A DNA stretch of 64,000 bases from Hemiscyllium ocellatum (lineage: Eukaryota): the NCBI RefSeq assembly GCF_020745735.1, contig NC_083403.1, positions 98,356,378 to 98,420,377 of the forward strand. Reading direction: 5' to 3'. Shown one piece after another: positions 39,251 to 50,922 of this stretch. Below the pieces are notes generated by a model, which was not told the DNA's origin, made no database searches, and saw only the letters and a program-made list of their open reading frames with translations. Positions within the stretch are counted from its first letter, which is position 1; each line of letters begins with the position of its first letter. Made by a program: the position numbers and the translations under genes.

Positions 39251-40658
39251 CATAATGGACTGAATAGTTTACTGCAGTGCTGAAAGCATTTCATTAGATT
39301 AGTAATTATATTAATGCTTTCTAGTTAGTCACCCATTGACCCTGCTAAATAAGTGACTCTGGTATCACTCAAATATTAATATTACACTTTGCCAGTATTT
39401 ATTTAAGGTAAACTCTTCACACAACACAATACTCAGCAATTTAGCCAAGAAGAATTCCAGCTGTGATCCTTCGTGAATATTTACTAATCAACTTGTTGAA
39501 GGTGCTATTACACGATTCTGGAGCAGGTGAGATTGGAAGATTGAACTCTTGTCTCAGAAGTAGGTACACTCCTACTGTGCCACAAAGAGCCCTCAATGAT
39601 CTTTGCAATGTGCTATCTTAAGTCAATTTAAGCCAGGTCGGTTCTCTACCTAACCATAATGCCACGTATGCTACTTAGTTCCACCTTTAGAACAGTGTCT
39701 ACACCTCAGATGTACTTCATTGGTTAATCATTTTTGGAACACTGAGTGTTCGGCAAAGATGTCATTTGAGTGTGGCTTTTCTTTGGAATCGGTCTCGGCA
39801 AGTTTTATTAAACGTTCTGAAAGGAAATTCTGCATTATGTTGCGTGCTCCATAACACAACTTTATCAAAACACCTCACTAATTTCCTGGGCCTTCCAACA
39901 TACATTTATGTCTTTACAATACACAATCAGACATTTCTAAATAGTTTTTTTTAAACTACTGCAGTAACTGCATCAGTCTAATGTCTTTTGAAATTTTTCA
40001 TTTTTTCCAATTACCTAATGTTGAAATGCATTGAAAGAACAGTTGAAGAAGTTGATGTGACAAAAAAATCCTATATTCAAAATATAAAACACTAGATTTT
40101 ATCATGAGATTAATGAGCTAATGATACTCCTATTTTCGCAAGTGGTAGGTGAGTCCTGTAATTAAAAGTGAATATCCAGAAGTTGCTTGGGCTAATCTAC
40201 CGTTATAACCCATTTAATAATGTGATATATTTATTATTGCTCTGCCACTAATTTGTGGGGATTCATTCCTTTGGTTATTAATTGTTATTGGGAGACTTGG
40301 AGAACGTAAAACTTTAATTTTCTTTTGCTTTTACAGTTCAATTCCATCTATACTTTCTGTACCTGATTTGACATTCAATTCATAATTCCAATTTCTTAGT
40401 CCTTGTCTTAGTTATTTTAGTTTGGTTTGTTTAGGTATACAGTTATTGCCATATACATTCAGGTCCCAGGTGCCTGGGTCCTTTTACTGCAACTTCCGAC
40501 AAATATCCACTCAGAAAAACTAATAAAACCTCAACATACAGGTGTGATTCTAGTTAATGGTGAATACATGTCAGCTCACTGGCTCAGTGAACTCTAATCC
40601 ACGAAACAAGGGAAGCATTTGCCTTTCAGTTTCAGTGCTCCCCCCCATAAGCATTTAG

Positions 40659-40812
40659 TTAAAAATCTCACAACACCAGGTTATTGTCACCTGATGAAGG
40701 AGTGGCGCTCCGAAAACTAGTGTGTTTCCAATTATAAACCTGTTGGACTATAACCTGGTGTTGTGAGATTTTTAGCTTCATACGCCCCAGTCCAACACCG
40801 GCATCTCCAAAT
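40659..40812. mobile_element. Short palindromic PLE-derived insertion (same family as 4336-4750)
   Basis: Inverted AAAAATCTCACAACACCAGGTTAT / ATAACCTGGTGTTGTGAGATTTTT; CAC-CTGATGA-A-GGAGT-GGC-GCTCC-GAAA-ACTA-GTG at 40688-40722; perfect TSD CATAAGCATTTAG at 40646-40658 and 40813-40825. Confidence 0.88.
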
Positions 40813-40868
40813 CATAAGCATTTAGAGCTATGAGGGAGTAAGTGTAATTTTACTAAACACATTTAAAG

Positions 40869-41071
40869 CTGAAAATGTGTTGCTGGAAAAGCGCAGTAGG
40901 TCAGGCGGCATCCAAGGAGCAGGAGAATCGACATTTTGGGATTCCTGAAGAAGGGCCCATGCCCAAAACATCGATTCTCCTGCTCCTTGGATGCTGCCTG
41001 ACCTGCTGCGCTTTTCCAGCAACACATTTTCAGCCCAGATCTCCAGCATCTGCAGTCCTCACTTTCTCCTC
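40869..41071. mobile_element. Short palindromic PLE pLTR-end insertion (Neptune family)
   Basis: Inverted GCTGAAAATGTGTTGCTGGAAAAGCGCAG / CTGCGCTTTTCCAGCAACACATTTTCAGC; degenerate TSD AAACACATTTAAAG (40855-40868) vs AAGCATATTGAAAG (41072-41085). Confidence 0.85.
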
Positions 41072-41339
41072 AAGCATATTGAAAGTCAAACTAGATAGTT
41101 AAAGTTTCAAGGAGCAGAGGACTATCTATGAGGAACTGGCACAAAAAAGTGCCAGATCATTTTCTTTTGACAAGCATCTTGCTCAACTCAAATACCCAAT
41201 ATAATTATTAATTAATATATACTAACTTGACAGTGTTCTGACCTCTGAATCAGAAGGCCTGGATTAAAGCCCCACCTGCACTGGAAGTGTAGTAATATTC
41301 CTGAATTAGTTGATTTAAAAATCTTTTATAGAATTTATT

Positions 41340-41678
41340 GAATAGAATGCCTGCAGTGTGGAAACAGGCTATTCAGCTCAACAAGTCGACACTGACCCTC
41401 CAAAGATCAACCCACTCAGACCCAAGCTCCAACAAAATCCCTGGAACCTTGCATTTCCTACGGCTATCCTAAATATCCCTGAACACAATAGGTAAGTTAG
41501 CATGGCCAATCCACCTAAGCTGCACATCTTTGGAGTGTGGGAGGAAACTGGAAACCCAATGGAAACCCATACACCTGGGCAGACATGCAAACTCCAACCA
41601 GTCACTTGAAGGTAGAATCAAACAGAGATCCCTGGTGTTGTAAGGCAGCAGTGCTAACCACTGAGCCACCATGCTACC
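41340..41678 (-). mobile_element. HE1/V-SINE copy
   Basis: Reverse complement of the SINE consensus seen elsewhere in the window. Confidence 0.82.
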
Positions 41679-44261
41679 CATTCTTTCCTTAGATGACAAA
41701 GCTCTCTAACCAAGCTTTTGGTCATCTATCAAAACATTCAATTTAGCTCAATGTCCAATTTTGTTCGATCATCGCCACCCCATGAAGCGTCTTGTGTCAT
41801 CCTCCTATATAAAACGCACTATATGAATACCAGTTGTTGTTAAGTGGGGTAACACCCAGTATGTCATGTAGAAGAGGAACATTTGAAGCAGATTAAACTG
41901 CAAGACTTGGGAAGAAAACAGGATGCAAGTTTAATATGCAGAGTTAAATTATTGACCTGTCTCTTCAAAGAGCCACTGCTTTCAAACATTACCCTAAGCT
42001 GACATTACTGCATGTTTTTCACATCTTCCATTTCTAGCTTTCAAAGAATTACAGAATGTTAGCAAGGCCTGGACATATCAGTTATTTTAAAACAGCATTA
42101 GCTGCACAATTCCATCCTAAAGAACATGTTTGAATGTTAGAATTCAGATAGCAAGTGGATAGGTGGATGGGTGATGGGTGTGAATTTGGATAAGCCTGCT
42201 TTGGTTGAGGGGCTTTGTCAAATCTGGCAAGATGGTTAGACAGATCAGGCAAAGTGGTAGCTAGGTCAGTTGGGTGATAGTGGTCAGATTGGGGAAATGA
42301 CAGTCATATGCTAGTTAGGTCAGATAAGGATGGAGCAGAATAATGTTTACTGTAACTGACAAGTTGAAGAGCATTAGGTGAGTGACGGGTGGTTGAGTGG
42401 AGACGTGAAGTCAGGGTGAGTGCTCTGTTGGATGGTAGGGAGTGGTAGCTGAGGCAGCTTGGGGGTCAACTAGATGTTAGATGAGGTTTTAATCCAACCC
42501 ATCTTCAGTAGATGTATATCTTGGATTTCTCTCAAGTCTTTTGAGTCTAACTTTGAATTTGATACATTCGTGGAGGATCCAAGGACAAAGTAAACTGTTC
42601 ATTAGAAAGTTTAAATGTCTCTGGCAATTTCCACATATTTGTACATCAACATATCCAGGATATAGATATCTATCTCCAGGTGTGTATCCAGCTCCTAAAA
42701 ATCTGGAGACTACAAAGTTTGCCAGCCACTCTATATACACAATTCTGTAACTTGTAATATAAGCCATGAGCGATAAGCCACAAGTTGTGTAAGAAATGAG
42801 CTCACTGATTGCCTCGATGAGTGTCAAGAAATTCCTGCATTTGTGCTGTACCACAATTGCAAATCAAACCCAGTCAATTGATGGTGGAAGTTTAACATTG
42901 TATAAGGGACCTAGTGGTAATTAAATATTCTGTAGACGAAGATTTTTTTTGTTTTAAGCAAAAGGAACTTCAATTGCCTGAAGCTGCCTTTAAAGAAGTT
43001 TCCAAATCGGTAAATGGCAAGCAGTCAAAAGTTATTTGGATCCAGGTGTATATTTATATTGAGTTCTGAAAGGGATGTTTCTGGCTGGAATCTCAGTTAA
43101 ATGTTAGCTCTACAATTACAAGCCTTTCCTTGTTTGTTTTCTTGGCTTTATGATTTTATAGTTGAGAAAAATTTAGAACTTCCCAATTTTAGATTAAGCA
43201 CCCGCATAGCATTCATTTGGATCAGGATAAAGTTCCCTTCCACTGCCAACCATTATACCTACCCCAAGACCTGACAAGAGACCCTGTGATCCTCTAATTA
43301 TATCTCATGGTTTATTCTTGGGAAAAAAAACATATTTGAAAATCTGCATATCAAAATCAGAACACAACTATAATGTGAAGAAAATCCATTTTTATAATCA
43401 TTTACAATGAAAACATCATTTAAAATATTTACACAGATTCATCAGTAAAAAGATTGATGAAGAATAACAGAAAAGAGTAGTATACAAGCAATAGTCTACA
43501 ATGTTGAAGCAACAAAGATAATAGCCAAGTAACAAGGTGACAATTTTACAAAATATAGTTGGATGTATAGTTTTATTCTCAATGCACTCTTTATCTAAAA
43601 CTTTAATACAACACTTACATTGTAGTGATTGCCTGTTTCAGCATCAAAACAGTGCAATAGTCAACAGCCAACTTTTGCAACTGGAATTAATAGATTGAAA
43701 TAGAAGTGCAACATAAAACCTCAAATGTACAACCACAACTGGTCTGAATAAGAACATGATATCTTTGTATAATTATTCATAAGTGTGTGCCACTGCAAAT
43801 TGCCTACAAAGCGTGCATTATTTTAGGAAAGAATCCATACAACAGAAACAGCAAGAGCTGTGGTTTTTCAACATTTTTTTTTAATTTTGAAATGTATAGT
43901 AGCTCATGCTAGAACCATCTGTTTAGCTAATAATCAGAAGTAATAAAACTACTTTAAAAAGTTCTACCAGCTTCTTGTATTGTTAATTAGTATTTAAGAG
44001 CAGCAAGACATGGTTGTAAATACTGTATGTTGTACAAGAAAACACACAAGTGAAATCATGTCATCATAACATTGCAACATGAACTGGCATCCTAGTTGAC
44101 GAGTACAGATATACCACTTATTTCTGTTTCAAATTATCAGGACAAAGTTCACAGATTGGCATTTTTGGTTCAATACTGACGTGTTAGTCAGTAGTACACT
44201 CTGGAGAATTCTTTTCCCTCTTGCTTCCATTAGTGTGGTCCCTTTTATCATGGTCTTTATC

Positions 44262-47080
44262 CTAGTCTGCATCTTTTTCTTTTTCCTGGACCTTCTCACT
44301 TTGCTTTTCCTCACAGCTTCCACACCTTCCATCTTTATCAGTCTCAGGATCTTCATTTTTAGATATACCCTTTTCTGTCTCTCTGCTTCGCTCCCTTCTC
44401 GAGTCTGCCCTGTCATGGCTCCTCTCCCTTTCTCTGCTTCGTTCCCTTCTCGAGTCCACCCTGTCACGGCTCCTCTCTCTTTCTCTGCTTCGCTCTTTTC
44501 TAGAATCTGCCCTGTCACGGCTCCTCTCTCTTTCTCTGCTTCGTTCTCTTCTAGAGTCCGCCCGGTCATGGCTCCTCTCTCTTTCTCTGCTTCGTTCTCT
44601 TCTCGAGTCCGCCCGGTCATGGCTCCTCTCCCTTTCTCTGCTTCGTTCTCTTCTAGAGTCTGCCCGGTCATGGCTCCTCTCTCTTTCTCTGCTTCGTTCT
44701 CTTCTAGAGTCTGCCCTGTCATGGCTCCTCTCTCTTTCTCTGCTTCGTTTTTTTCTCGAGTCCGCACCATCATGGCTCCTCTCCCTTTCTCTGCTTCGTT
44801 CTCTTCTCGAGTCTGCACGATCATGGCTCCTCTCTCTATCCCGATACCGGTCCCGATCTTTGTCCCTATGCCTGTCCTCATGGCGACTTCTTTTCTCTCT
44901 ATCTCTCCCTTTATCATGATCTCTGTCTTTATATTTGTCCTTGTTTCGTTCTGAGTCTCGGTCCCAGTATTTATCCCTCTCTCTTTCTTTGTGTCGATCT
45001 TTTCTTCGATGATAAGAATCACTATAAAATCTATGTTTGTGATGGCTGTCATACTCCTTACTAAAGTCATGTCCAGAACGTTGGCTATATCTATCCCAAA
45101 GATCACAATGATGCCTTTCTTTTCTATGATCATTTTTGTTAGGTTGAAAATTTGACATTCCTGAATTTGGTGCATATCTGTTGACATCAATTGAGTGGTC
45201 AGAGTTGAAAGGTGGCATTACTTGGCCATGTGCATGATGCATAAGACCCAAGTGGTGTTGTGGAGGACAGCTAATTGCTGGTAGCCAAGGCATTATGTGG
45301 TTTGGAACTAAGGCATGGGTTGCACCAAGATCAGGGGAATGGAACCTCAAATGGGGGTCATTTTGTAGGCTGAATGGTGGTGGAGGAAGTGGTGGGGGGC
45401 GAATTGGCATGAATGAAGGCATCAAATTACCTGGCGGTTGAAAATTTGCATTAGGTGGACCACGTTGAAATGGAAAACCAGGAGAGTGACCTTGAACTTG
45501 GGAAAAGTTGTGCAGCTGGGGTAATGGAGGAGGAAATACATTTCCACTCGGTATTGGGCTACCTGAAGGACCACTTGGCAATGACGTAGACACTGCTGAT
45601 TGAGTTTGATTTTGTGAAGGTAAAGCATTTGAAGAGAATTCAAAATGTGAACTAGGACGTGGACCATGGAAAGAAGGCAATGGGGTAGTTTCTCTGCGGA
45701 TTGACTGGACAGTCTCAATAGTGTGAGTTTCTACCACTTCTGTTTCAGAATGAGTTTCTTCTTCATGCGAATAATCTGTCTGTTCTGTTTCTGATACTGG
45801 TTTTGGAATATTGTGAATTTGGGATATTGGTTGAGAAACTTCTTCAATACAAGGTACTGTGCCTTGCACCAGTTTACTGGATTCCTGATGTGTTGTCTTA
45901 ATTAGGTCTGTAGGAATTTGCTTCATGGTTATTTCTTCTTGTTCTGTTTCTAAGGCTTTCTTATCAACTTCCTCCATATCCTTTATGTTTACAATATCAT
46001 CGTCACTTTTATCTTTCCTGTTATCTGTGTATTGTTCATCCGTACTGTCCTCCACAGACTTGCTTATTGCAAAACTTTGTTGTTTGCGAACAGCAGCTTG
46101 TCTCGGATCTCTACTTATGTTGACGACCTGTGAGACACGTGTAAGAGCTTCTGGTGTAGAATCTACTTGTTCAGTACTTGTAACAGGCTCAAGTGAAGAA
46201 AGCTCAATCTTGGGAGTCCCAGGCTGGGATGGTGAACTTTCTGAAGTTTCTTTTTGCTCTCTTGAGTTTTCCATTTTCGCCTTCTTTACCTTATAGTGAT
46301 GCCGTAATTTCTCATGCTCTTCTTTGTGATTTGGCTGTGATTTTAAAGTTTCAAGACTTGAAAGAAATGCTTCAGTTGAAACATCTGGTGGCTTGTCTTT
46401 TAGTGTGAGAGTTGTAAGGAACTCACTTGTCTTTGAAGTTTCAGCAACTTGGACATCCTCTGGGACATTATCTGCTTTCTCATTTTCCTCTGGGGAATCA
46501 TGTACAGAGGAATCTTTAGCATGTTCTTGATCATCAATTGTTTCTTCAGGTTGTGACATTTTAAAATCTTTACTAGCTGGAGGCTCCCCTAGCCCAGGTT
46601 CAATAATGGAGACAGACTTCTCTTCAGCTTCCTTCTCTGCATCTCCCAACAAACTTTGAAGAATATCATCCAGTGGTCTGTTGGATAATTCAAGAGATGT
46701 GGACTGGTTTTCCCAACCAACTAAAACTCCAGGAAGAAATCGTAATGGTTTTGTAGATAGCATAGGAATAGGCTCTGCTGGTGATGAAGGTGGTGTTTTC
46801 AAAATCGGAGGTTCAACCGGTGATGACTGTTTGGGTTTGTTTCTAAATTTAGGCAACACCGAAGTGAAGGAATTAAAGAACTGATTTTCTTCATCATCGT
46901 CGTCGTCATTTTCACCTTCATCTTCCACATATTCTGGTTTGATTTTCTTGTCTTGAGGTAAGCTACTAGGCATTTTCTCGGTTTCAGAAACTTCTTCAGA
47001 AGGTGAAGCATTAAATAATCTCTTTATTCTTTGCCGAATTATTAACCCAAGGAGAAGATTCTGGCGAACTACTTCAAGTC
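44262..47080 (-). CDS. PHF3: PHF3 (PHD finger protein 3) terminal coding exon: end of SPOC domain, disordered/Pro-rich region, RS/RE-rich tail
   Basis: Acceptor ttgacag| (ctg at 47081-47083 on +), phase 1; GLEVVRQNLLLGLIIRQRIKR..EEENQFFNSFTSVL..LRFLPGVLVGWENQ..KPPDVSTEAFL match remembered PHF3; frame open to TAG 44262-44264; convergent with EYS as in human. Confidence 0.93.
44378..44836 (-). repeat. Coding tandem repeat, 9 x 51 bp (ERSHDRADSRRERSRER)
   Basis: Period 51 nt (e.g. GAGTC at 44401 and 44452); nine 17-aa units in the 941-aa ORF. Confidence 0.92.
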
Positions 47081-47362
47081 CTGTCAATAATTAATTAATT
47101 AAAATAACAATTACTTGTTATTGCAATAAAATGATGTTGCATTTACTTTAAAAAAAATGCTGATGTCAATAAGATAACTGTAGAATCCTGTAAGAAGAAC
47201 TGAATCAACTACTTTAACTGTGCATTAAATTGTAATCGGACTTTAATTTTGACATACAAACAAGAAGCATCTTTAACATAAAAGCATTCCAATGTACCAA
47301 GGCATAAATAAAGCTGAAAATTAATATTAGATTTTACATAATTTGTGGGACATGTATCATGA

Positions 47363-48554
47363 TAAGTATTTAAGTTAGCTCGCTGAGGTGGAAGGTTTGT
47401 TTTCAAACATTTCATCACCATACTAAGTAACATTATCAGAGAGAGTCTCCAGTGAAGTGCTAGTAGTATGTCCTGCCTCTCTATTGATAGGTCTTGGTTT
47501 TTTAAGGTGGGTGATGTCATTTCTGGTTCTATTTTCCAAGGGAACGTAGATAGCATCTAAATCATGGGAGTTCTGGTTAAAATTCCATGTCTGTAAAAAT
47601 TGTCGTGCATGTCTTTGTTTTGCCTGTCCTAGGATGTGTGTGTTGTTCCAGTCAAAGTGAAGTCCTTCTTTGTCTGTATGTATGAAAACTAGTGATAGTG
47701 GGTCGTCTCTATTGGTGGCAAGTTTCCAGCTTGTTTGTCCAATGTAGTGTTTTTTTTTAACAGTTCTTGCATGGTATCTTGTAAATGACGTTAGTTTTGC
47801 TTGTAGTATCTAATGGATCTTGCAGGTTCATTAGTTGCTGTTTAAGTATGTTGGCAGGTTTGTGCGCTACCATGATGCCAAGGGGTCTGAGTAGTCTGGA
47901 AGTAATTTGTGATACGTCTTTGATGTACGGTAATGTGGCTACAGTTTTTGATTGTGTTCTGTCTGCTTGTTTGGGCTTGTTTCTAAGGAATTGGTGGATT
48001 GTAATTATTGGCATCTGTTTTTCTTGAAAATGTCGTATAGATATTTGTATTTTGCTTTTTATATTTCTTGGGTCTGCAGTGTGATGTAGCTCGTTGAAAT
48101 AATGTCTTGATGCAGCTCTGTTTGTGGGTGTTGGGATGATTTATTTACAAGATACCATGCAAGAACTGTAAAAGACATGACCCATTATTAGTAGTTTCTA
48201 TACATACAGAGAAAGAAGGACACCACTTTGACTGGGACACCGCGCACATCCTAGTACAGGCGAAACAAAGATACGCACGAGAATTCTTAGAGGCATGGCA
48301 TTCTAGCCAGAACTCCATCAATAAACACATCGATTTAGATCCAATCTACCTTCCCTTGAAAAAAAACCGGACATGACATCATCCACCTTAAGAAACCAAG
48401 ACCTATGAACAGAGAGTCGGCACATACCACCAGACTCTCACTGATGATGTTACCTAGTATGATGACCAAACATCTGAAAACAAACCTTCCACTCAGTGGG
48501 CTAACTTACATAGTTATCACCAACCTGAGCTACAAATCTTCTCAAAAATCACTA
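47363..48554. mobile_element. Inverted pair of Poseidon-type PLE 3' ends in PHF3 intron
   Basis: Minus arm TLPYIKDVSQ..VIYKIPCKNC; plus arm from ~48145 (IYKIPCKNC..REFLEAWHS); decayed hammerhead motifs ~47405-47440 and ~48440-48476; TSD ACATSTATCATGA at 47350-47362 and 48555-48567. Confidence 0.88.
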
Positions 48555-49129
48555 ACATCTATCATGAGTTACGAATTTATTTATATTTATTTCTCACCTC
48601 TAAATACAAATAATCTATTGTTTCAGTTAACAAGATCTGCTAAAAAAAAAATTTTACTAATGGCCTTTCGAGAAGAAAATCTGCCATGCTTTCCTGATCT
48701 GCCTACATGTGCTTTCAGACCCACAGCAATGTGATTCCAGAACTCCTAACTACTCTCAAATAATCCTAGCAAGCCACTTTGAGGGCAATTGGGAATGAGC
48801 AAAAAATTCTAGTCAAGTCAGTTATGTACACATCCCATGAATTAAAAAAAAACAAAGGACACACATTGGTAAAGGATCAATAGTGTATTAGTTATACTAC
48901 TGGGCCAGGATTGCAGAGGCTGTTTTCATTGTCCAATTTTCTTTTCTTTGGATTTGTTATTTTCCAACATCATTCTAATTTCGGATTCACCTCAGACAAG
49001 TGCTCCAGCTTCCCTCCAGGGATAGAAAGAGGTACAATCTCAATCAGGATTCCTCTACACTATTTACTGACTAAAAAAAAAAAATCAGGCTATACATGTG
49101 CACAAAAGAAACTTTTGCCTTTCACAATA

Positions 49130-49535
49130 ATTTGATGTCCTCATATGCAATACAGGCAATGATTTACTTCTGAGCTACCATCATTGCTATATTGTAGGAA
49201 ACCGGGCTACCAATATGTACATAAAACTCCTACAATCATTATTGCACTGACGAACAAATAATTTCTTTTTGTGATGTTCATTGAGAGATGAATAGTGACC
49301 AAGACCGTAGGTACAAATTTTATCAAAATATTGCCTTTTATGTACAACTGAGTGAGCAGGTGGATCTCAATTTAATATCTGATCTGGAAGACAGCATCTG
49401 CAGCAATGCAACACTCACTGTACACTGCACTAAGAACTCAAATTTGATTTTTGTGCCCATGTCCTAGAGTGCAACTTGAACCCACAAACTTCTGAATGAG
49501 AGGCAAGTGTTGTCAAATGAATCACAGTTGACTCA
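49130..49535 (-). mobile_element. Old Deu-type (SacSINE1-like) SINE
   Basis: Reverse tRNA B box (CTTGAACCCAC) plus Deu-like core (TTTAATATCTGATCTGGAAGACAGCATC..); recalled similarity only. Confidence 0.55.
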
Positions 49536-49846
49536 CTCCCATTTACAAGACAATTAAAAATTAAACACTTTTAAATTACAACACTTTAATTGCAGGATTG
49601 CTGGGAATGGAATCATTTATTTATGGATTTTATTAATAATATCAATTACTATGTTTAATCACAGATTAATTGACTTATTATTAAATCTATTAACTAAATA
49701 GTCAAAAAGGGGAAAATTACCACTTGACATCTGTACTAACTTTCTTAGAACATCAGGATGTAGCCTTAGTTCCTATATGTCAAACCGCTACTGCTTTAAC
49801 ATTCCACAAATCAACAGAAAAAAAATTAACTGTTATACGAACTCAC

Positions 49847-50042
49847 CAGGTCCATCAAATGGTAAGAGCCGATAAGGAATTTTTTCTGAGGCACCCAAAG
49901 GAATAAGGTACATGTCCTTAACTTGCTTCACATTGTTGGCTACCACCCCATAACGTTGCCTGCTGTTGAAGTATGCATACAGTGATGTGTAGGTTATCTG
50001 ATCTTCCTCAGTTACTGGACAAAAACGAATCACACATATCTC
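49847..50042 (-). CDS. PHF3: PHF3 penultimate coding exon (SPOC domain), 196 nt
   Basis: tttaacag|GAG acceptor and G|gtgagt donor; EICVIRFCPVTEEDQITYTSLYAYFNSRQRYGVVANNVKQVKDMYLIPLGASEKIPYRLLPFDGP(G); splices in frame to 47080. Confidence 0.95.
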
Positions 50043-50452
50043 CTGTTAAAAAGATGAAGAAAATTAACAAAATAAAATTTGAAAAATCTACCATTTGGTT
50101 TACTAACACACTACAGATTAGTTTTCCATATTAGGGAGCTGCTGGCTGTAACTATTATTAAATAAATAAAATACCAAAATTATTCAGTTTTAAATGGGTT
50201 TTTACTGAATAGCCGGTAAGTGCAGCACAGTACTGAATAAGACAGTTGATTTAATTATTCTCTAAATAATCCAAGAAAATTTCTCTAAGCTTATTTAGAA
50301 TATTTTCAATTACAGCTGTCATATTGATGTGCTTAGAACGGAAACAAATGATTTTATGTAGACATGTCTACAAATCTTTATTTGTTACAAATCCAAAGTT
50401 TGCCACATCTACTTTATTCTGTTATTACTCATGATAGAATCATGGAATGGCT

Positions 50453-50622
50453 CGGGATAGCGAGAACTGCAGGTGTTGGAAAGTCAGTGTCGATGAAATG
50501 TGGAGCTGAAAAAAGCACAGCAGGTCCAGCAGCAGAGGACTGATGAAGGATCCTCCCCGAAATGTCGACTCCCCTGTTCCTCTGATACTGCTTGACCTGC
50601 TGTGCTTTTTCCAGCTCCACAC
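50453..50622. mobile_element. Short palindromic PLE pLTR-end insertion
   Basis: Inverted TGTGGAGCTGAAAAAAGCACAGCAGGTC / GACCTGCTGTGCTTTTTCCAGCTCCACA; CTGATGAAGGATCCTCCCCGAAATGTC; TSD AATCATRGAATGGCT at 50438-50452 and 50623-50637. Confidence 0.85.
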
Positions 50623-50910
50623 AATCATAGAATGGCTACAACATAGGCAATGTCGATTCAGTCCAACATATCAATGGTCTCTAAAACTGCAACTCAGCAA
50701 GTCCTATTTCATTATGTTTTCCCTATAGCTCTACAAATCTTCTCTCCCGAGATACTTAATTTACTCTCTTTTTAAAGCCCTGACTGGATTTGCCTTTGCC
50801 AAACTATCAGGCTGTACATTCCAGATCCTATCCACTTGCTATGTAAAAAGTTTTCATCTCACATCAATAACTGTACTTTTCGTAATCACCTTAAATCAAT
50901 GTTCTGGATT

Positions 50911-50922
50911 CAAGATGGCGGC
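50911..50922 (+). promoter_or_regulatory. YY1-type motif at L1 5' end (internal promoter)
   Basis: CAAGATGGCGGC starts 4 nt after the left TSD, the position of the YY1 site in mammalian L1. Confidence 0.65.

Noticed and set aside
43311-43577. AATAAA candidates for PHF3 polyadenylation (minus strand, 43311-43316 and 43572-43577)
   Set aside because: AT-rich context gives chance hexamers; cannot choose without 3'-end data.
44378-44836. Regular repeat array superficially like a CRISPR
   Set aside because: Contiguous in-frame units with no unique spacers, no cas genes, eukaryotic exon.
44129-45190. 353-aa alternative-frame ORF and antisense 257-aa ORF (44181-44954) overlapping the PHF3 tail
   Set aside because: Expected by-products of a purine-rich 51-bp (multiple of 3) repeat; no recognisable domain.
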